From positions 1 through 56,922 of the forward strand of contig CACYCI010000008.1 in assembly GCA_902772845.1 (NCBI GenBank): a stretch of 56,922 bases of DNA. Direction: 5' to 3'. Shown piece by piece: positions 52,835-56,922 of this stretch. The notes beneath the pieces are model-generated. The model had not been told where the DNA came from. It searched no databases and saw only the letters and a program-made list of their open reading frames with translations. Numbering within the stretch: the stretch's first letter is position 1; the number at the start of each line of letters is the position of its first letter. This DNA comes from an uncultured Ruminococcus sp. Lineage in GTDB: Bacteria > Bacillota > Clostridia > Oscillospirales > CAG-382. The position numbers and the translations under genes are program-made.

Positions 52835-54130
52835 CTACGTTTCTTCGCGGATCTCTTCGGCTGCGCTGTCTTCGGAATCGTCCTCGGGCGGCGTATATTC
52901 CACTTTCAGGGATTCCACGCGCATCGACGCGGCTTTCAGCACGGTGACTTTTATGCGCTGATATTCAAAGGTGTCGCCGGCCACGGGGAATTTATCGAGC
53001 ATTTCGGTAGCCCAGCCGCCAACGGTGGTGTATTCCGTCTCAAAATCCTGCGGATCCCAGTCGAACAGCTCGAACACGTCTTCGACGTTTACGCTGCCGT
53101 CGACTATATACGTATTATCGTCTATCTTGCGTATGTCGTCTTCTACTTCGTCGCGTTCGTCGAAAATATCGCCAACTATGTCTTCGGTTATGTCTTCCAT
53201 GGTGAGTATGCCCATGGTGCCGCCGTATTCGTCAACGACGACCGCTATCTGTGTTTTGCGCTTGCGGAACTCGTTTATGATACTGCTCACGGGTTTGGTC
53301 TTGTGCACGAAAAGCGGTTCGAGCAGCAGGTCTTCTATACGTGGCTTCCCGCCCGAAGCGAGCTCGCGCAGAAAACGCTTTACGGGGAGTATGCCTATGA
53401 TATTGTCAATGCTTCCCCGGTAGACCGGTATGCGTGAGAATTTGTAGAATTCGTCGGTTATTTCAAGCTTGTCTTCGTCTTCTATGTCTATGGCGAAAAC
53501 GTCCACGCGCGGGACGAGTATATCGACTGCGGTCGTTTCGGTGAAATCGATCGCCGATTTTATAAGCTCGCTGTCTTCTTCCGAAAAAACGCCTTCGTCT
53601 TCTATGTCGTCCACTATTTCGCTAAGCTCCTCCGGCGTGACCGAAGGCGCTTTTTCTTTGGGCGTCCAAAGCGGCGACAGCGCGTTTACCAGCTTGTCGA
53701 CCAGCCATACGGCAGGGAAGAACAGCACCATGAAAAAGCGCAGAGGCGGCGCGTACATACGCGCAAGCTTGTCGGGAGCTGCGGCAGCGGTGATCTTAGG
53801 CAGCGTTTCGCCGAAGATCAAAAGCAATACCGTAAGCGCGACCGAAGCGACAGTCTGCCCCACGCTCGCCCCAAGATGGCGAACGCAGATCACGGTGGCG
53901 GCGGAAGAGGCGGCTATGTTCACCAGATTGTTCCCGACCAGCACGGTGGAAAGCGACCGCGTGAAATGCTCGTTTATGAACTGTTCCGTCAGAGCTCTGC
54001 TGTCGCCGGATTCCGCCTGCTTCTTTATCCGAATGGCGTTTGCTTTGGCAAACGCGATCTCGGCGGAAGAGAAGAATGCCGAAAGGATAATGAATATAAG
54101 GATCAGTATGCAAAGTACGGCTTCTATCAT
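52835..54130 (-). CDS. CNNM/CorC-HlyC family protein (DUF21 membrane domain + CBS pair + CorC_HlyC domain)
   Basis: The N-terminal DUF21 domain carries FFSSAEIAF. It is followed by a CBS pair and a C-terminal transporter-associated domain (...YIVDGSVNVEDVFELFDW...TVGGWATEMLDKFPVAGDTFEY). Confidence 0.88.
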   Translation of the reverse strand: MIEAVLCILILIFIILSAFFSSAEIAFAKANAIRIKKQAESGDSRALTEQFINEHFTRSLSTVLVGNNLVNIAASSAATVICVRHLGASVGQTVASVALTVLLLIFGETLPKITAAAAPDKLARMYAPPLRFFMVLFFPAVWLVDKLVNALSPLWTPKEKAPSVTPEELSEIVDDIEDEGVFSEEDSELIKSAIDFTETTAVDILVPRVDVFAIDIEDEDKLEITDEFYKFSRIPVYRGSIDNIIGILPVKRFLRELASGGKPRIEDLLLEPLFVHKTKPVSSIINEFRKRKTQIAVVVDEYGGTMGILTMEDITEDIVGDIFDERDEVEDDIRKIDDNTYIVDGSVNVEDVFELFDWDPQDFETEYTTVGGWATEMLDKFPVAGDTFEYQRIKVTVLKAASMRVESLKVEYTPPEDDSEDSAAEEIREET

Positions 54131-55155
54131 CTGCTTGCGCCTCCTTCCGTATTTTCCGAGGCGCTTTCGTCGTCTTCGTCGTAGATCTCGCCGACTATTT
54201 CTTCGAGTATGTCTTCCATCGTGAGCAGCCCCGCGACCTTTCCTTCGGCGGAACGGACGATCGCAAGATGCGTCCGCTTACGCCCCATTTCTTCGAAAAC
54301 GTCGTAGAGCGGCGTGTCGGGAAGCACAAAATAAGGTTTCGAAAGCAGATCCTTTATGCGGAACTTTTTCTTGTGTACAAAGTTCCACAGGCAGGTGGTG
54401 GATTGTATTATGCCTATGATATGATCTATATTTCCGTCGTAGACTGGGAATCGAGAATATTTTTCTTCCAGAACTATGGATTTCAGCCGTTCCGGAGTGA
54501 CGTTGATCGGTATGGCGGATATGCTTTCGCGCTTGCACATGATATCCACCGCCGTAAGATCGCCGAACTCGATAGCGGATTTTATTATTTTCGTTTCTTC
54601 CGGCTCTATCAGCCCTTCGTCTTCTACGTTTTCAACGAGCGACGCAAATTCGTCTTCGGTGAGCGCCGGCTCGTCGCTTTTGATGCGCATAAGCTTTTTG
54701 GCGGCGTTGCCGAGCCAAATGAAAAACTCCGAAAACGGCAGGAAAAGATACGAAAAAGCAAGTACCGTGCCCGAAAAAGCCAACGCAAGAAGATCCGCGT
54801 TTGCGCGCGCGATATTTTTAGGAAGAGTTTCGGAAAAGAGGAACACCGCCAGCGTTATGACCACGGTGGAGATCACCGGCCCAATGTCGGCGAAAAGCTC
54901 TGTGGCCATCACGGTGGATATGGAAGCGGCTATGACGTGGATAACGTTTATGGCGATAAGCAGCGTCACCACCGTGCGTTCGTAGTTTTCCAAAAGCTTA
55001 AGCGCGCGCTTTGCGCGTTTGCTGCCGTCCTCGGCAAGCAGGCGCAGCCGCACCGTATTACAGAAAGAATACGCCGTTTCCGCTGCAGCGAAAAAACCGG
55101 CGGCGATTATCATCAAAACCAGCGCAATACTTCGGGGAACCAAAGACAAAATCAC
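54127..55155 (-). CDS. CNNM-family protein (DUF21 + CBS pair, no CorC_HlyC domain)
   Basis: FFAAAETAYSF DUF21 motif and a CBS pair. It ends in an acidic tail right after the CBS pair. Its stop forms an ATGA overlap with the downstream paralogue. The start is GTG 55155 or, more likely, TTG 55149 (5 nt after AAGGAG). Confidence 0.85.
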   Translation of the reverse strand: MILSLVPRSIALVLMIIAAGFFAAAETAYSFCNTVRLRLLAEDGSKRAKRALKLLENYERTVVTLLIAINVIHVIAASISTVMATELFADIGPVISTVVITLAVFLFSETLPKNIARANADLLALAFSGTVLAFSYLFLPFSEFFIWLGNAAKKLMRIKSDEPALTEDEFASLVENVEDEGLIEPEETKIIKSAIEFGDLTAVDIMCKRESISAIPINVTPERLKSIVLEEKYSRFPVYDGNIDHIIGIIQSTTCLWNFVHKKKFRIKDLLSKPYFVLPDTPLYDVFEEMGRKRTHLAIVRSAEGKVAGLLTMEDILEEIVGEIYDEDDESASENTEGGASR

Positions 55156-55171
55156 TCCTTTTACTCTTTAC

Positions 55172-55200
55172 ATTATCTCACATTCCGTTTCGGAATGCAA
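55172..55200 (-). promoter_or_regulatory. sigma-A type promoter of the CNNM gene pair
   Basis: Minus strand reads TTGCAT, 17 nt, GATAAT. Confidence 0.5.
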
Positions 55201-55218
55201 TAGGTTTTAATAAAAAAA

Positions 55219-55245
55219 TCCGCGGAAAGTTATGCTTTCCGCGGA
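55219..55245. terminator. stem-loop terminator after the GDPD gene
   Basis: TCCGCGGAAAG ttatg CTTTCCGCGGA, an 11-bp perfect stem, flanked by A-runs on the plus strand (a U-tract on the minus-strand RNA). Confidence 0.7.
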
Positions 55246-55266
55246 AAAACGCCATATTATTCAGTA

Positions 55267-56922
55267 TCAGTTTCCGTCGCCCGGATAATTCAGCTTCATA
55301 ACGATATAGTCGGTAACGTTGGTGAAGCCGTCGCCGTTTATGTCGCCGGCGGCGAACTGCGCCTGCGTCGTGCCCGGCTTTTCGACCAGCACGCTCGCCA
55401 TGGCTGCGGCGTCCTTTTCGTCGTATACGGAATCGCCGTTGAGGTCGCCTGCAACAGCTACGGCTCCAAGCACTGCTCCGGCCGCGTTCTTCAGCGTATC
55501 GCCGGTCGCAAGCAGCGAAGCGTTTTCTTTTTCTGCGTCACCGCCAAAGACAGTCGCGCCGGCGTTGATGACAGCCGCTTTCAGGTCTGAAACGGTCGAA
55601 CCCGCCGCGGCGCGTATCACGCCGTCTGCCGCGGTGAAGGCGCTGCCTTCGTCCAGCACCGCAGATCCGCCTTCCGAAGCGGGGAGCACGTCTACGCGGA
55701 TCACGTCGGTGTAAACGGTGTAACCGCCTTCCTTTGCGCCTACGGAAAGCGCCGTGGTGCGGCTGCACATAACGTATGCCGTACCTTCTTTCAGCGCGGT
55801 CAGCACGCTGCCGTCGGCGCTGACCACGTCTTCGCCGGAAATGACGGTGATCTTGATTTTGTCGGAAATATCCGCCGTCTTTTTGCCGTAAGTCACGGAA
55901 GTGACGTTTATATTACGGCTTTCGCCGCAGATGGCTTTTACGGAAGCGGGCGCGGTTATGTACTTGATGTTGTTCTTGGTGTATTGCGCGTCGTTGGTGG
56001 TGAGCCCGCCAAAGCCGGCTTTGAACGCGTATGCGAATCTGTTGCCTAAGGATTCGGTGTACGTCCACGGCCATATCGTTATACCGCGGGCGTTTGCGGC
56101 GTTGAGCAGCTTGTATGTAAGAGTAGTGTAGGACGGGTTGTAAGTGGTGTTCTTGCCTACCACGTTGGACACCAGACCGGAAAGCACCTGCGCGGCAAGC
56201 CCGTCGGTAGAAGAAGCCGTGGGAGCCCCGAGCAGATATCCGCACGATATCTCGGGCGCGACCTTGTGCATATTGATCAGCTGATTCAGATTGAAAGAGA
56301 TCACCGAAATGCGCGCCATCATACCGTATTCGTTCGCAAGGTCCACTATTTTATTGCAGACTTCGGGCTTGCTCGTTTTGATCTCTATAAACAGTTTCAA
56401 CCCTTCGCATTCCTGCATGAGCTCGAATATTTCGCGTAGGGTCGGTATGCGTTCATCGGGATACTGCGATTTGAACTTGTCGCTGCCCGCCCACAGATTG
56501 TACTGCTTGAGCTGCTCTAACGTCATGCTCTCTATGTTGCCGCTTCCCGTGGTGGTGCGCGTTATGTCGTTGTCGTGCATGACGACCACTTCGCCGTCTT
56601 TGGTGATGTAAACGTCCGTCTCTACCACGTCCGCGCCGTTTATGTAGCCCATGCGGTAACTCGAAATCGAGTTTTCAGGCGCATTCGTCGGATTGCCGCG
56701 ATGGCCTATGATGACCGGCGTGCGCGTGAGCGCGCCGGATTCGAACAGGGAATACGCTTCCTTTACTTTTTCCGGCGACGGAGTGACCACGCCGTGGGCG
56801 CCTATCAGCAGAGCGTGGAGCAGGTCCTGCTTTGAGCCGGAGTCGGTATATGCCCAGACGGTGAGGAGCATGGATCTCAGTTCTTCCGCGGCGGCACGGT
56901 CTAGGCAGGCGGCGTCGAAAAG
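55267..56922 (-). CDS. glycerophosphodiester phosphodiesterase-domain protein with Ig-like module and C-terminal dockerin; 5' end lies beyond the window
   Basis: GDPD motif VIIGHRGNPTNAPENSISSY...VETDVYITKDGEVVVMHD, a Big_2-like segment, and two dockerin Ca-loops (GDLNGDSVYDEKD and GDINGDGFTNVTD). The frame stays open upstream of the Met at 56871 to the window edge (..LFDAACLDRAAAEELRS M..). Confidence 0.85.
   Translation of the reverse strand, partial: LFDAACLDRAAAEELRSMLLTVWAYTDSGSKQDLLHALLIGAHGVVTPSPEKVKEAYSLFESGALTRTPVIIGHRGNPTNAPENSISSYRMGYINGADVVETDVYITKDGEVVVMHDNDITRTTTGSGNIESMTLEQLKQYNLWAGSDKFKSQYPDERIPTLREIFELMQECEGLKLFIEIKTSKPEVCNKIVDLANEYGMMARISVISFNLNQLINMHKVAPEISCGYLLGAPTASSTDGLAAQVLSGLVSNVVGKNTTYNPSYTTLTYKLLNAANARGITIWPWTYTESLGNRFAYAFKAGFGGLTTNDAQYTKNNIKYITAPASVKAICGESRNINVTSVTYGKKTADISDKIKITVISGEDVVSADGSVLTALKEGTAYVMCSRTTALSVGAKEGGYTVYTDVIRVDVLPASEGGSAVLDEGSAFTAADGVIRAAAGSTVSDLKAAVINAGATVFGGDAEKENASLLATGDTLKNAAGAVLGAVAVAGDLNGDSVYDEKDAAAMASVLVEKPGTTQAQFAAGDINGDGFTNVTDYIVMKLNYPGDGN

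Noticed and set aside
1-56922. A window-wide look for mobile elements, prophage remnants, defence systems, toxin-antitoxin pairs, tRNA/rRNA genes and CRISPR arrays.
   Set aside because: I recognised no integrase, transposase, recombinase, restriction/modification, Cas, abortive-infection or TA-like genes. I saw no tRNA-like T-arm sequences or spaced repeats. The gene content is dominated by conserved housekeeping synteny blocks.

Overview
Gene-dense chromosomal segment with about 48 CDS. I saw no rRNA, tRNA, CRISPR array, transposase, integrase or phage genes. The host is a moderately GC-rich Firmicute, probably a Clostridia (Oscillospiraceae/Ruminococcaceae-like) anaerobe. That placement is an inference from gene content: Bacillus-type synteny blocks, a V-type ATPase operon and two dockerin-bearing secreted proteins. 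Most of the window is housekeeping. (1) 1-11 kb is a loose mix of single transcription units: tcdA 5' part, a tandem Nudix hydrolase, a membrane-anchored ComEC-type MBL hydrolase, three unknown membrane/surface/cytosolic proteins, a PflX-like radical SAM protein, an orphan solute-binding lipoprotein, a MATE exporter and an atypical radical SAM protein behind a roughly 0.5 kb non-coding leader. (2) 11.0-19.4 kb (minus) is a complete nine-gene V-type ATPase operon in Enterococcus hirae ntp order, with a Na+-type c-ring signature. (3) 19.6-25.5 kb (minus) holds uvrC-rsmD-coaD followed by an enolase-superfamily gene, a D-2-hydroxyacid dehydrogenase and an unknown anchored protein. (4) 25.6-34.2 kb (minus) holds a Crh-like HPr, then ylxM-ffh-rpsP-KH-rimM-trmD extended by a large polytopic membrane protein plus two DUF4330-like genes where rplS would be expected, and a ClpC-like ATPase with a degenerate second AAA module. 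(5) 36.3-47.0 kb (plus) holds nifS-thiI and nusB-xseA-xseB-ispA-dxs-tlyA-nadK-argR-recN. (6) 47.1-56.9 kb holds a dockerin-bearing GH73 peptidoglycan hydrolase, pmbA-tldD, an unknown membrane protein, two tandem CNNM/CorC-type genes and a dockerin-bearing glycerophosphodiesterase that is open at the window end. Many near-consensus sigma-A promoters and stem-loop terminators can be read directly. I found no convincing mobile or defence island. The best candidates for something undescribed are modest: the atypical radical SAM gene with its long leader (9.4-11.0 kb), the membrane module translationally coupled to trmD (26.0-28.6 kb), the His15-less HPr paralogue and the dockerin-tagged cell-wall hydrolase. 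All functional calls come from reading motifs by eye; no database search was possible.
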